Source: Octopus bimaculoides (taxonomy: Eukaryota). From it: a stretch of DNA of 64,000 nucleotides. The position numbers and the translations under genes were made by a program. Below the pieces are notes generated by a model. That model had not been told where the DNA came from. It saw only the letters and a list, made by a program, of their open reading frames with translations, and did not search any database. The DNA is taken from positions 152,049,159 through 152,113,158 of the forward strand of contig NC_068982.1 in the NCBI RefSeq assembly GCF_001194135.2, given 5' to 3'. This document shows, one piece after another, positions 1 to 12,399 of this stretch (positions are counted from its first letter, which is position 1; each line of letters opens with the position of its first letter).

Positions 1-324
1 CCTGACTGGCCTTCGTAGGGTTTTCGAGCGAGATCGTTGCCAGTGCCCCTGGACTGGCTCTTGTGCGGGTGGCACATAAAAGACACCATTTCGAGCGTGG
101 CCGTTGCCAGTACCGCCTGACTGGCCCTCGTGCGGGTGAGACGTAAAAGCACCCACTACACTCTCTGAGTGGTTGGCGTTAGGAAGGGCATCCAGCTGTA
201 GAAACTCTGCCAAATTAGATTGGAGCCTAGTGTTGCCATCCGGTTTCACCAGTCCTCAGTCAAATCGTCCAACCCATGCTAGCATGGAAAGCGGACGTTA
301 AACGATGATGATGATGATGATGAT
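1..324 (+). mobile_element. Repeat family A: SINE or RTE-LINE 3' tail ending in (GAT)n; 5' end cut by window edge
   Basis: Near-identical to 18423-18710 and, in reverse complement, to 1083-1229, 5297-5456 and 54330-54497. Ends ...ggaaagcggacgttaaac(gat)n; short tandem tails of this kind are typical of RTE-mobilised elements. Confidence 0.8.
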
Positions 325-630
325 TTGCAAATAGCGAATTAAAACTTGAAATGAAAACATTAAAACAGAAAGTGAGAGACTTTGTAAATGAAAACAAAAT
401 GTTTCATTGTTACTACGTCAATACTGGAAGATGTCGTTGAAAAACCTTTTCAAAGGAGTGAATCATAAATATAAAGCAATATTATTTATATTAATAAAAA
501 AGATAAACTGAAGATCCTATTATGTATTCAAGGTCAAATTATTCATGCATCCCAAATATGGAAGCGATTTACATAGCTGTTTTTGCATGAAAAGTGAACA
601 CATACACACACAGGTCTATTTTATATAAGA

Positions 631-672
<42 letters not shown>

Positions 673-1082
673 ATGTATATGCACACATGTACATATAGGA
701 TATTCTTTATAAATCTTAGTTTCCTCTCTTCTGTCATAAGCACCAACTAGAACTTCTTTGAATTTACAACTAGCAAAGAACTCTTTTAGTATCCATATCT
801 TCCTCCAGATTGTCTTTTATCTCTGAATCCATCAAGCTGTTTCTCTGATGTCACAAATCATTAATCTTTGTTGAGTGTTGCATTCTTCAGTAAGGAGAAA
901 CTTTGAACTTATAACCATCTCCTATTTCCTGGTGAAAATAAATTCTGCCTGGCTTATGTGTTCACCTGAATGAGTATGTAACTGATCAATTTTCAGTAGT
1001 TTTCATTGTGGATAGTTAAATCATTGGTATCATATGTTTCCAATAGCATTGATTCTAACTCAATCCTTGTACAATATATATA

Positions 1083-1229
1083 TCATCATCATCATCATCA
1101 TCATCATCGTTTAACGTCCGCTTTCCATGCTAGTATTTGACTGAGGACTGGTGAAACCGGATGGCAACACCAGGCTCCAATCTAATTTGGCAGAGTTTCT
1201 ACAGCTGGATGCCCTTCCTAACGCCAACC
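1083..1229 (-). mobile_element. Family A 3' fragment, reverse orientation
   Basis: (tca)n-gtttaacgtccgctttccatgctag...ggatgcccttcctaacgccaacc is the reverse complement of ~170-324, with a short internal deletion. Confidence 0.8.
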
Positions 1230-1284
1230 ATATATATATATATATAATATATATANNNNNNNNNNAATTCTGCACAAGTTAAAT

Positions 1285-1663
1285 GGTTGTGGTTGTGTAG
1301 TAAGTAGCTTGTTTACTAACCACATGGTTCCGGGCTCAGTCCCATTGCGTGGCACCTTGGACAAGTGTCTTCTACTATAGCCTCGGGCCAACCAAAGCCT
1401 TGTGAGTGGATTTGGTAGACGGAACCTGAAAGAAGCCTGTCGTATATATATGTGTATGTGTGTGTTTGTGTCTGTCCCCCTACCATCGCTTGACAACTGT
1501 TGTTGGTGTGTTCACGTCCCCGTAACTTAGCGGTTCGGACAAAGAGACTGATAGAATAAGTACTAGGCTTACAAAGAATAAGTCCTGGTGTTGATTTGTT
1601 CGACTAAAGGCAGTGCTCCAGCATGGCCACAGTCAAATGACTGAAACAAGTAAAGAAAGAATA
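1285..1663 (+). mobile_element. Repeat family B: tRNA-headed SINE
   Basis: Pol III-like head (gtgtagtaag...ggctcagtccc), central ggcaccttggacaagtgtcttctactatagcctcggg block, internal (TA)/(TG) tract, tail gctccagcatggccacagtcaaatgactgaaacaagtaaa. Repeated several times in the window. Resembles described octopus tRNA-derived SINEs; family name not verified. Confidence 0.8.
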
Positions 1664-1671
1664 GATATAGG

Positions 1672-2131
1672 TTTTCACCGTATATTTTAACTATAGAAAA
1701 TAGTCTAATATTGGAGCATTATAAACCCACAAAGGAAGAAAAATGGGTATAAGTACATGTGGGAACTGAACCGACATCTCTTATTTTCACAATGAGTGTG
1801 CTACCAATTACACCAACATACCCATCCATTAAATATAGGAACTATGATTTCATGGCATTAAGTGTGTAAACATGTGCATATTCTGTTTAAGTTCAGAAAC
1901 AGTAATGAGTGAAAACCTTTCCTAAGTATAATTACAAATTTTCACTGTATATATTGACAATAAAAAATAGTCTCACATTTGAGCATATAAACCCACGACT
2001 GTTAAAATGGGTATTAGTGAGAATTGAACCGACACCTCTTATTTTCAATTGCCATGTGTACTAATGCCCAATTTTTTCTGTCATGGATTTATATGCCCCA
2101 ATATTAGACTGTCAATAAATATGGTGAAAAT
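1672..2131. mobile_element. Two related units of a TIR-bounded (MITE-like) element containing a tRNA-like cassette
   Basis: Unit 2 (1938-2131) starts attttcactgtatatattgac..agtctcacatttgagcatataaaccc and ends ggatttatatgccccaatattagactgtcaataaatatggtgaaaat (inverted match). Unit 1 (1672-~1830) repeats the left end. A similar terminal motif occurs at 33816-33945. Confidence 0.6.
1750..1821 (-). pseudogene. tRNA-like sequence (decayed cloverleaf; isotype uncertain)
   Basis: Minus strand: GGTATGT TG GTGT AATTGGTA GCAC A CTCAT TGTGAAA ATAAG AGAT GTCGG TTCAGTT CCCAC ATGTACT. Acceptor, D, anticodon and T arms fold with wobbles and mismatches; A and B boxes recognisable; anticodon loop non-canonical. 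Confidence 0.55.
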
Positions 2132-2306
2132 AGAATGAATAACATTATGAAGCAAGGAGGACACAAGCAAACAAATAATGCAAGGAGTGAAAGAAGCAAA
2201 GCACATGACTGAAAAGGGCTAGAAATTTAAAGCACAAAACAACAATGCAAGAAGTGTACAAGGGAAAAAATATGCCAATGAAGAAAAGTCTAATGTTTTG
2301 GGTGAT

Positions 2307-2356
<50 letters not shown>

Positions 2357-2382
2357 TATTACTATTATTATTATTATGATAA

Positions 2383-2597
2383 GGTTGTGAGCTAGCAGAA
2401 TAGTTAGTATGCAGGACAAAATGTTTAGTAACATTTCTTCTGACTTAACATTTTGTGTTCAAATTCTGCCAAGGTCAACATTGCCTTTCATCCCTTCAGG
2501 GTCAATAAAATGCATACCAGTTACACTCAGGGGTTGATGCAATTGACTAGCTCTCTCTCCCAATCTTTCAGGCCTTTGCCTCAAATAAGGAGAACAT
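2383..2597 (+). mobile_element. Repeat family C: tRNA-headed SINE
   Basis: Head gtgagctagcagaatagttag...gttcaaattctgcc (B box) followed by gcctttcatcccttcagggtcaataaaatgcataccag. The central block resembles the Meta/MESC SINE domain (from memory, unverified). Related copies at 3135, 25850, 42440, 45540-45860, 48945 and 51275. Confidence 0.7.
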
Positions 2598-3058
2598 ATT
2601 TGAATGCAAGATGATCTCATTCTGAAAAATTCTTTTCTATGTCCAACAAATAGAGGGACTCTGCAGCAAAGAAAGACCCATCCTTAGGTATAAGAAAAGG
2701 TTGAAACAATCACAAAAATCCCTACAGCTTAATTTAACATCTTGGGAAAGTTATTGCTTTGATTGATCTAAGTTGTGTAAAATTTGTCACAATGCATCTA
2801 AACAATTTTAGTTGAAGAAACAGAACAATAACAGAATTATATCCTGCAATCAACAGATACATTTGTCCAATCCCAAGCAAAATCAAAATCACTATAGTCC
2901 CCAGTATGACTTCATAGTAAAATCCATACCTGGACTTAAATTACATTCACAGATCCATCACAAATAGATGCAGCTTCTTTTATTATTAATCCTTTCCTTT
3001 TTAAAAAAATTCTTTCCGTCAAACATTCATACATTGAAGTTAATTAGAGTGACCATTA

Positions 3059-3116
<58 letters not shown>

Positions 3117-3134
3117 CATTATTATCATTAACGT

Positions 3135-3385
3135 GGCAAAATGTGGTGAGCTGGTTGAATTGTTAGCATACCAGACAAAATGCTTTGAGCATTTCATTTG
3201 TCTTTACGTTCAAAGGAAAACTTATGTTCAAATTCTGCCAGGTCACCTTTACCTTACATCCTTTTGGGGTTGAGGAAATAAGTGATAGTTGGGCACTGGG
3301 ATCGATGTCATTGACTAGCCCCCTCCCTATACAATTTAAGGCTTTGTGCCTATAGTAGAAAGGATTATGATTATTATTATTATTT
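3135..3385 (+). mobile_element. Family C SINE copy
   Basis: ggtgagctggttgaattgttagc...gttcaaattctgccaggtcacc...catccttttggggttgaggaaataagt...atagtagaaaggattatgatt matches 2383-2597. Confidence 0.7.
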
Positions 3386-3399
3386 TCTCTTTATCTCAG

Positions 3400-3985
3400 G
3401 TTTTGTTGGAGCCTCTGGAGTCTTGCATGTGTAGCAGGCTTACTACCTGCAGCCTACGGTACCATGCTATTCATTCTTTTCAGCTATCTAATACTTTCCT
3501 GATTATTCTGGCCATGCCAAGGTGGCAAACCTTTTGTAACAGTTCTACTGAGCTCTCTATTCCAATTTCCTTTATATTTCTCATGATGCCTTCTGATAAT
3601 TGATGCGATCTTTACCTTCATTTTCCATAGCCAGGCTATTTTGTACTTAAGAGAGTTGTATCTATCTATTTTTTTGCCTTCCTTCTTCACTATTCATGGG
3701 TCGAAGGGGCATGCAACCTCAACTATATAGCATATGTGGTGCACCTTGTCCACCACCACTAGGTCTGGTTTGTTATGCTCTAACACCTGATCTGTTTGGA
3801 TTGGGAAATTCCAGAGGATTTTGCTGTCTCCAACTTTGTCATTCACTGCAGTTTGTGCTCATACCACGTCTTGCTTCTCTCTATCCCCACTTTTCACACA
3901 GATTTCAATGTAACACTTTTGCTAGCTGGTTGTGTCGCTACAACTTGTAGTGGTTTCAGGCAAGTCTAGGGCATTCGTTCATATT
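3400..3985 (-). mobile_element. R4/Dong-like non-LTR retrotransposon 3' fragment (restriction-like endonuclease domain), inactivated
   Basis: Minus-strand translation KILWNFPIQTDQVLEHNKPDLVVVDKVHHICYIVEVACPFDP*IVKKEGKKIDRYNSLKYKIAWLWK contains the PD..E..K REL motif; in-frame stop present. Confidence 0.75.
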
Positions 3986-4101
3986 ATTATTATTTTTATC
4001 ATTATTTTCATTAGCATCTTCTTTATATTGTTTCCATTTCTTGCCGAGTGTCTTCCTGATACTTAGGACAGAGAAACATACTGTATACATTATTATTATT
4101 A

Positions 4102-4136
<35 letters not shown>

Positions 4137-4713
4137 TCTTATTAGTATCCTCCTGTTCCTTGATAAAGAGTTCTACCTGAAATATTAGCTTCTCTTTTGT
4201 TTCTTTCTTGGCATATTTATTGCCATTGTACACTTCTTTGGCTGTTGCTTCTTCTCTTTATATCTATATGCTACTTCTGCTGTATAAATTGTTTGTCTTT
4301 CTCTATGTATCATTTGTTTGTTTGTCACCTCCTCACTTCATAATCTTCTTCATTTTACTTGTATGATTTTTAACTGTCAGTCTATCTATCCATTTATCCA
4401 CTAACTCTCATGCTCTCTCTTGCTCTCTCAATTTTGTATGTGTGTGTATGTATGTATGTATGTATGTGTGTGTGTTTATACACATAGGAGAGAGTGAGAG
4501 AGAGAGAGACAGAGATAAATGGATAGATGGATGGATGGATGGATGGATATTCAGCATTCATTGAAAACAACTGTTTGAATTTCAATGCACTGAACTCAGA
4601 CTGAAAATAGATGACAAAAGAAGATGTGAGAAGCAATGGTGAAGGTTGATTTCATGAGGAGATGACAAAGAAACATTGTTCAAAACATGCATGTATGGAA
4701 AAATAGGCATAAA

Positions 4714-4766
<53 letters not shown>

Positions 4767-5068
4767 AATGATCGTCATCATCATCATCATGACGACGATG
4801 ATAACAAACTTCCATATAAGCCAAGTGCAGATGAAATAAGTATGATGAAATGAAATGAAATTAAATGAATATAAATATCTTAAGTATAACAATTTAAAAT
4901 ATATTATACGACAGTTATAGATTGTGCTTATATTTGTGTACATATCTAGATCTGTGTGTATATGTATGTCTGTGTGTAGAGAGAGAGAAAGGGAGAGAGA
5001 GAAAAGAAGAGAGAGAGTGAGATAGATAGGTACATAGAAAGATGCACATACACGTACACACACATACA

Positions 5069-5111
<43 letters not shown>

Positions 5112-5121
5112 NNNNNNNNNN

Positions 5122-5168
<47 letters not shown>

Positions 5169-5296
5169 TTCAGGGTAGCAAAAAATTATTTTGAAATTTT
5201 TTACTACCAGTGGCCTAGCATGTAGGAAAACTAGTAAATAGACTATATATTATTCATTATAAATATCTACACTATATATATATATATATATATATA

Positions 5297-5456
5297 TCAT
5301 CATCATCATCATCATCATCATCATCGTTTAACGTCCGCTTTCCATGCTAGCATGGGTTGGACAATTTGACTGAGGACTAGTGAACCAGGCACCAATCTGA
5401 TTTGGCAAAGTTTCTACAGCTGGATGCCCTTCCTAATGCCAACCACTCCGAGAGTG
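5297..5456 (-). mobile_element. Family A 3' fragment, reverse orientation
   Basis: (cat)n-cgtttaacgtccgctttccatgctagcatgggttggac...ggatgcccttcctaatgccaacc. Confidence 0.8.
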
Positions 5457-5759
5457 TATATATATATATATATATATATATAGTGAGAATTTACAAAAAA
5501 AAAACAAAAGACGAAGATAGATGTGTAAATAAGAAACAGATGTATTAGTTTAACACTCGGGAAGTGAGAAAGTATTTTATGTTTTGAGCCTATGCTCTTC
5601 AACAGAAAGGAAAACATAAATAAACAGGGAGAGAAAATAGAAATAGGTTTAGTGGCAAGCGATCTATCATGGGGAACGCTGGACAAAGGGGTCACACAGA
5701 AGAGCTAGGAAGAAGGGAAAATAATAAAGTGGTGATGATCCAAAAACGAAGGTACGCAT

Positions 5760-6290
5760 GCATGTGTATGTGAGAGCATGTATGTGCATGTGAAAGGGCA
5801 CTGGAGATATTGACGTGTGCATGTATGCATGTGTAGGTGTGTGGATGATAGTGTAGATGCTGGGAAGTGGTCAGTGCTAGTGTGTGCACTGGTGTGGGTG
5901 CTAGGAAGTTGTCAGTGCTAGTGTGTGCAGGGTGGTGTGATGTGGGGTGGTGTGGTATGGTGGTGTGTGTGGTGTGGTGGTGTGTGGTGTTGAGGTGTGG
6001 GGGAGGCAAGAGTGGGGGAATCAAGGGTGGGTCTAAGGGATGGGGTGGCGTGGGATGGGATGTATAGAGATGGTGGGGCTGGAATGTGTAGGGGTGGGGT
6101 AAGGAGGGAGGGGTGACGATGAAGGGAGAGGGTGGAAAGGAGAAGGTGGGTAAGAGTGAAGAGAGGAAGTAGGTGCCAGAGCGAGAGGAGAGGTGGGCGG
6201 GAGGAAGTAGGTGTGAGAGGAAGAGAGGAGAGAGGCGGAGGGTTAGATGAAGAGGGGAGGAGGGTTGAGCCCATGTGGTGCAAAGAAGCA
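5760..6290 (+). repeat. G-rich low-complexity tract (GTG/GGT/GAG)
   Basis: Strongly purine/G-skewed + strand; explains the H/P-rich and G/V-rich ORFs in the track. Confidence 0.7.
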
Positions 6291-7209
6291 AAAAGAGAGA
6301 CTGACATTCTGTTTAGAAGGTATGCTGGATTGCCCACCTAGCCAGCAGAATGGCATTATTTGAAAGCTTTAACAGTGTTAAGAAGCACATTGCCACCAGC
6401 TGTGTATAAAAACATCTGACAGTCAGGTCAATAGAGTGATACAATGATATACATATACATGTGTGTATGCGTGTGTGTGTTGTGTCAGTTCTTAAATGAA
6501 TGCCACTTACAATGTAATCCAATTTAACCTGTATCATAGTAACTAGGCTATCTCCAACTAGTATAGCCTACCTCAAGAATATCAGTAGAGAAGAACAAGA
6601 CATGTAGAATGTCAAATGAACTCAGTGTAGAGTTAATGACTATCTTGCAACATAATGTGATCACAAAGTACTTTTATATACTACCGCAGGTTATGTTGCC
6701 CTTAAGTTATACTATTTAGCATCATAGTACCTTATGAGACAAATAACCAGAATTATCTGTGCTGGTCTTTGAAATCCTTAAGGAATTAGAGCATAGCAAC
6801 ATGTGCAAATTTGATGACTTAGAGACATAGCCACAAGCTTGTTCATTAGGTAGCAGGAAATTTATCTGAACAATGTTCTCCTGAACTATAGGAGTTAGAA
6901 GAATTGGGTGGAAACTCCTATATCTGAGTAACCTTATTTAAAGAAAGCAATGTTCTCTCAAATTACTGGAAAGGGACCAGAAAAGAGAGTGCAAGATGGC
7001 GGGGCAAAGAAAATAGTTCCAAGGAAAAGATGTACTGGTAGCACAAAAATGATGAGTGGGGAATATGTACACCTCTGCTCTCATACAACAGAAAAGCTAA
7101 GGAAATAGTACCATAGTTAGAGGGTAAAAGTGGGATGGATATTAGGAAAATAAGTTGCTTAAGGAGGCTTGACAGATACAGATTGGGTGCAATGGCAAGG
7201 ACATTAATC

Positions 7210-9340
7210 ATATACTTTTAGGACCTCGTTTTTTCTGAAATGGATGGATCTTCCCTAGCACAGTCAATCACTATTCATCTCAGTTCTTTGTCATTTTCTC
7301 TGTGGGACTCAACAACCTGAGGTTGGTCTTCATTATTTTGTCCCATATCTTCCTGGGTACACTGCTTCTACATTTTCCTGTCACATTTAATGATCAGCAT
7401 TTCTTTATACAGCAGTCCTTATCCATGCACATCTCATGACCATACCAGGGCAGTTTTCTATCATATACACAATACCTGATGCCTCATATGCCTATTTTTT
7501 TTTTATCTTACTACATTTTCACTTAGTTATAAATGCACAATGACATTGCACATCCATCAGAGCATTTTTCTTAGCTTTATTTCTCTCTAGTCTTCACATG
7601 TCCTCTACATTCATGGCCTATGTTTCACTAATATGTAGCACTGCTGTTCATATGCAAGTATCATACAGTCTGCTTTTCACTTCAGTGGGAGGACTTTTAT
7701 TACAAACAGAGGTAATAACTCTCTGAACTTTTTCCAGCTCGATTGTATTGTAGCAACAATACTTTCAGAACATTCTCCTCCAATTCTAATTAGGTTACCT
7801 CTAAGTGCCCTCCTGGGCATTTGAGAAATTCTATTTCTCTGCTAATCTAGTAATTTCATTGCACCTTTTATGTGTCCACAGTATGTACTGGATATACTGT
7901 ATGGAATTACTACCTACACCTTTCCTACCTACTAAACAGGACCATTTTTCTGAAGGAATTAACATACTGTCTTAATAGGACTTTGGTCTTTTCTAAGTAA
8001 ACCGTAAAGCCCTTTCATTCCAGGTTTTGCCACCACACCTGGTATTTCTTTTCTAAATCTGTTACAAATACAACTATAAGAACAAGCTAATCAGCACAGA
8101 GGGGTTCACAAGGCAACTGGTCTTAAACTCGTTTCATATGGCCTGGAGGACCCTAATAAATAGGAGCCATTGTGAACTCCTACCTGTTCCCTAAATTTAT
8201 CACTATATCTCATTAACTCTCACATTATTGACAGCATCTGTGTATATAGCTCACACCAGCCATTCAACTACTCTTAGCTTCTGCTGCAACCATCAAATCA
8301 GAATGTGAAGAAATCTGTTGAAGGCTTTCTCTAGGTCAACAAAAGTTATATACAGCAGTTCACTTTTGGCTGAATGCTTTTCTTGCAGTTACTTTACTAA
8401 GAAGTACTTCTTCATGGCACATAATCAAACTGTATCTCATCTCTTTTACTAATTAGTTAAACTATAGCTTTTTCTGCAGCTTTCAAGATTTGGTCCAGCA
8501 ATTTGATACCTCTGTAATTATTTCTCTCTAAAGCATCTCCATTACTCTTGTAACAGTTGGCTATAATGCTGCTGTACTAGTCATTGGAGATTATACCTTA
8601 CTGTGCTAGCTGATTAACTGTACAAGTGACTAGGCTATATTTTAGATATTTTAAACAACTCAGTAATAATTTCTGATGAATCAAAGATTTTCTTTGTCTT
8701 TATATCCTTAATTGTTATATCTATCATGCTGCTATCAACTTCAATAATTGGTTCCTCTGTTAAGTCAACATTTGGAAGACTGTCTTTCTCCCATGCTCTC
8801 TCCACATTTAGTAGCCTTTCATAGTAGCACTTCCATGCCTCTTTCTTTTCAGAAACACTAAGTGAAAGTGTATCATTAACCATATATACACATTTCTCTC
8901 CCACAATGTTTCAATTTTCACTGATACCCCTTACTCGCTATCCAGAACACCTTATGTTTTTAGTCCTCCACTGCAGAACATTGGTAAACCTCTTCCTCTT
9001 TTTGCTTCTTCCTTTGCTGTATATTCTTATAGTCTAGCTTCTCTTCTAGCTACCTAATATAATTCTTAGCTACCTCCAATCTTCCAATCTTTTCAAGTGT
9101 ATCTCTTTGTTTTTATGGCTCTGTCTACTTCACTGATCAACCACCATGTTACCCTTTGACTGGCTGGAATTTGCACCAGTTACAGATTTGGTTTGTAGCC
9201 TTCAGTAGGTCATCTAATAAGAATTTTCAGTTTTTTTCTATGTTATGTTTCTATCTCCTATTCATTCTTATCAAATGCTTCAATTACAGCTTCTCTAAAT
9301 CTTTGTCTGTTCAATAGATCTTCTTTAAACTTTCATATCT
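7210..9340 (-). mobile_element. RTE-clade LINE, 5'-truncated and decayed (RT domain)
   Basis: Minus-strand motifs GDALERNNYRGIKLLDQ (~8480-8560), FVDLEKAF (~8320-8350) and AWKCYYERLLNVE (8635-8904 ORF); many stops and frameshifts. Confidence 0.8.
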
Positions 9341-9631
9341 TCCTTTCCCAGACTGGCCTACGTCTCTGAGTCCTTCCAGTCTGAAGTCACTAGCCACTAA
9401 CCTATGTTAGGTAGTACATATAATAACCATCATCATCTTCATCATCTTAATATCCCCATTTCCATGCTTGCATGGGTGAAACAGAATTCATTGAAACATT
9501 CTCTTTGCGCAGCTGTCCACCCTGTTTTCAACACTTATCTGTTTCCAAACAAGGTAATATTTCCTCATAGCCAACCATCACTCGATGTTTAGAAAAAGGT
9601 ACATACAAACGCAGACACCCCACCCAAGATA

Positions 9632-9717
<86 letters not shown>

Positions 9718-11455
9718 TACATACACACGATAGTAGTTTTTTTATCATCAATATATTCAAAAAAGGATCAACAGTCTTTCCCAAGCCATAGGTTCATAAG
9801 GCCAGTTTCCCAGATATAGTGGCATATATGTATACTTACAATCATGAGTGCAACACCCTAATCCCTAAGCCATGTGCCTCCATATAAATATATTAGTATT
9901 TATAAAACAATCATAGACACACTAGTTAATTCCTATTGTTTTATAAATATGAATGTATTAGTGTTTATAAAGCAATAAAAGTTAACTTATGTGTCTTTCT
10001 TTAATTTTATGGATCACAATTTCAGTCCCTGCTTAAAAATTATCTGCACCATCTAGAATGAAGGAGAGCCCACAGAGAACCAATGGTAGCCTACAAAATA
10101 GGTTAACTTATAAGCCTGAGTAAAGATTGATTTAGTTTCTCATGTTACTAAAAGTTTCCTGGACATAAAAAGATAAAAAGAATATGATCAGCCCCTCAAA
10201 CATTTGGTGACAAATGGGAGAAAAAGCAAGTTGGATTCTTTCTTACAAGGACAACTTAACTCCCATTTGTAAGTTAGGTCATGTAGTGATAATTCAGCAG
10301 CAATACATTTAACATCCCACTGGATATTAATGTTGCTTTGTTAATGAAATGTGATATTAATACATCAGCAATATTACTGCTGGTGGCATTGGGTGGTAAG
10401 AAGTGACTTCTAAGTTATAGAGAGTGATCAACATCTGATGATCTAAGGCCATGTAGGTGTAGTGATATCTTAGTAACAACAAATGAATGCCATTTGGTGA
10501 TCAGTATGTGGTGCTTGATGGGAATGTGAGTGGAGTGTCTGCTGAATCATTGAAATGCAAGAATAGTGGCAATGATTTTTCTACAGACAACAAGCATAGT
10601 ATAGCCCGAGTGGGTGGTGTATTGAGACAGACGGTGGTAAGGTGGGGGAGGGTAGTGGTTTGAAATACATTAAAAGTGCATATCTTCTATGACAGTAATA
10701 TGAAATGTCAATCTTTCTGGTAATGAATACTGCAGGATGTTGTAGAATGTGTAGCTTTCTGAGAGGCCTTTTCAGAGGTTTATATGCAAATCAATTTTTA
10801 TGTAGCCCTGTGCCCTTATGATGATAAGAACAAATGAGAATCTGTAACCTGGGTATAAGAAATATAAGGTTCTCATTAGCTCTTCATAGATGTTCTCCTG
10901 TTCCCTAGTGAACAGAGCATGATTCACATTGTCTGGGTTCAATCAATCAGAGGAACAGTAAAAGTTTATAATACATTTTAGGAGCTCCCCATTTGAGGTA
11001 CCTGGGTAAGCATATGCACACAACCACATATATATGTGAAATATACATACACCTATAAAAGTAATGAAATATGCACACCTGTGTGATGGAAGTTTTTCAG
11101 CACACATATAAATGCAAACCTCAATTAAGCACATAACCACAAACTTTAAGAGCTATCTTGACTTGAACAAAAGAGCCTTGCTGCTTTGATTGTGATTCGT
11201 TTGAATTCAGCAAAGTAAAAGACTTAAAATAAATCCCATACAAACATATGTGTCAGTGTGAGTATGTATAAGTCATGTACTTTTAATATTGTGCGTAAGG
11301 ATGTAATTAAGCTTTTAGTAAACATCCTTATGTAATTATAATATTTCCATTTAAATTTCTATTCCTGTAAATCTCTTCATGATGAGGTTTTCCTGAATAC
11401 ATGATACTTTCTCATTACTCAGTCTTTTCCTTTGAGTATGTATATATGTATTATG

Positions 11456-11509
<54 letters not shown>

Positions 11510-11526
11510 CACACACACATATATAT

Positions 11527-11710
11527 ATAATTGTTAAAGAGGACAACAAATATTAAGGTAAGGCAAGCATCTCAAGTCATATACATCATTATTACTGGAA
11601 AAAATTCAGTCTTACAGCTGTAAGACTTTGAATTTTTTCCAGTAGTAATAATGTAAATGACTTGAGATGTTTGCCTTACCTAAATGTTTGTTGTTTTCTT
11701 TAACAATTAT
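11527..11710. repeat. 184-bp near-perfect palindrome with no loop
   Basis: Centre cttacag|ctgtaag (11617/11618). Left arm taattgttaaagaggacaacaaatattaaggtaaggcaagcatctcaagtcat...ggaaaaaattca pairs with right arm tgaattttttcc...atgacttgagatgtttgccttacctaaatgtttgttgttttctttaacaatta. Confidence 0.9.
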
Positions 11711-11906
11711 TTATCTACTATATCGGTAATCTGTAATGGCTCCATAACTACCATCTTGGGTATAACCTTGGAGCTCTAGTAATCCGTTACAGCACTTACC
11801 TAGTATACCTAATTGTTTAGATCACCTGTGAACTAAACCCTCAATATTTCACACACACACACACACATATACATATATGAATACATACATACATATATAT
11901 ATGTAT

Positions 11907-12049
11907 GGAGTGACTGTGTGGTAAGTAGCTTGCTTACCAACTACATGGTCCCACTGTGTAGCATCTTGGGCAAGTGTCTTCTACTATAGCCTCGGGTCGA
12001 CCAAAGCCTTGTAAGCGGATTTGGTAGACGGAAACTGAAAGAAGCCCGT

Positions 12050-12124
<75 letters not shown>

Positions 12125-12377
12125 GTATATATATGTATATATATATATGTATGTGTGTGTATGTGTTTGTGTGTCTGTGTTTGACACCCCATCATCACTT
12201 GACAACTGATGTTGGTGCATTTACGTCCCTGTAACTTGGCAATTCAGCAAAAGAGATTGATAGAATAAGTACTAGGTTTACAAAGAATAGGTCCTGGGGT
12301 CGATTTGCTCGATTAAAGGCAGTGCTCCAGCATGGCTGCAGTCAAATGACTGAAACAAGTAAAGGAATAAAAGAGTA
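11907..12377 (+). mobile_element. Family B SINE copy with expanded internal (TA)n and deleted B-box segment
   Basis: Aligns to 1285-1663; the ggttccgggctcagtccc segment is collapsed to ggtccc. Confidence 0.8.
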
Positions 12378-12399
12378 CATACATACATACATATATATA

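Noticed and set aside
2219-5069. ORFs with poly-I, poly-M, poly-H or poly-D runs
   Set aside because: Translations of (ATT)n and (GAT/CAT)n microsatellites and SINE tails.
5692-6341. 199-aa and overlapping His/Pro/Thr-rich ORFs
   Set aside because: Product of a G-rich low-complexity tract; no domain motif or splice support.
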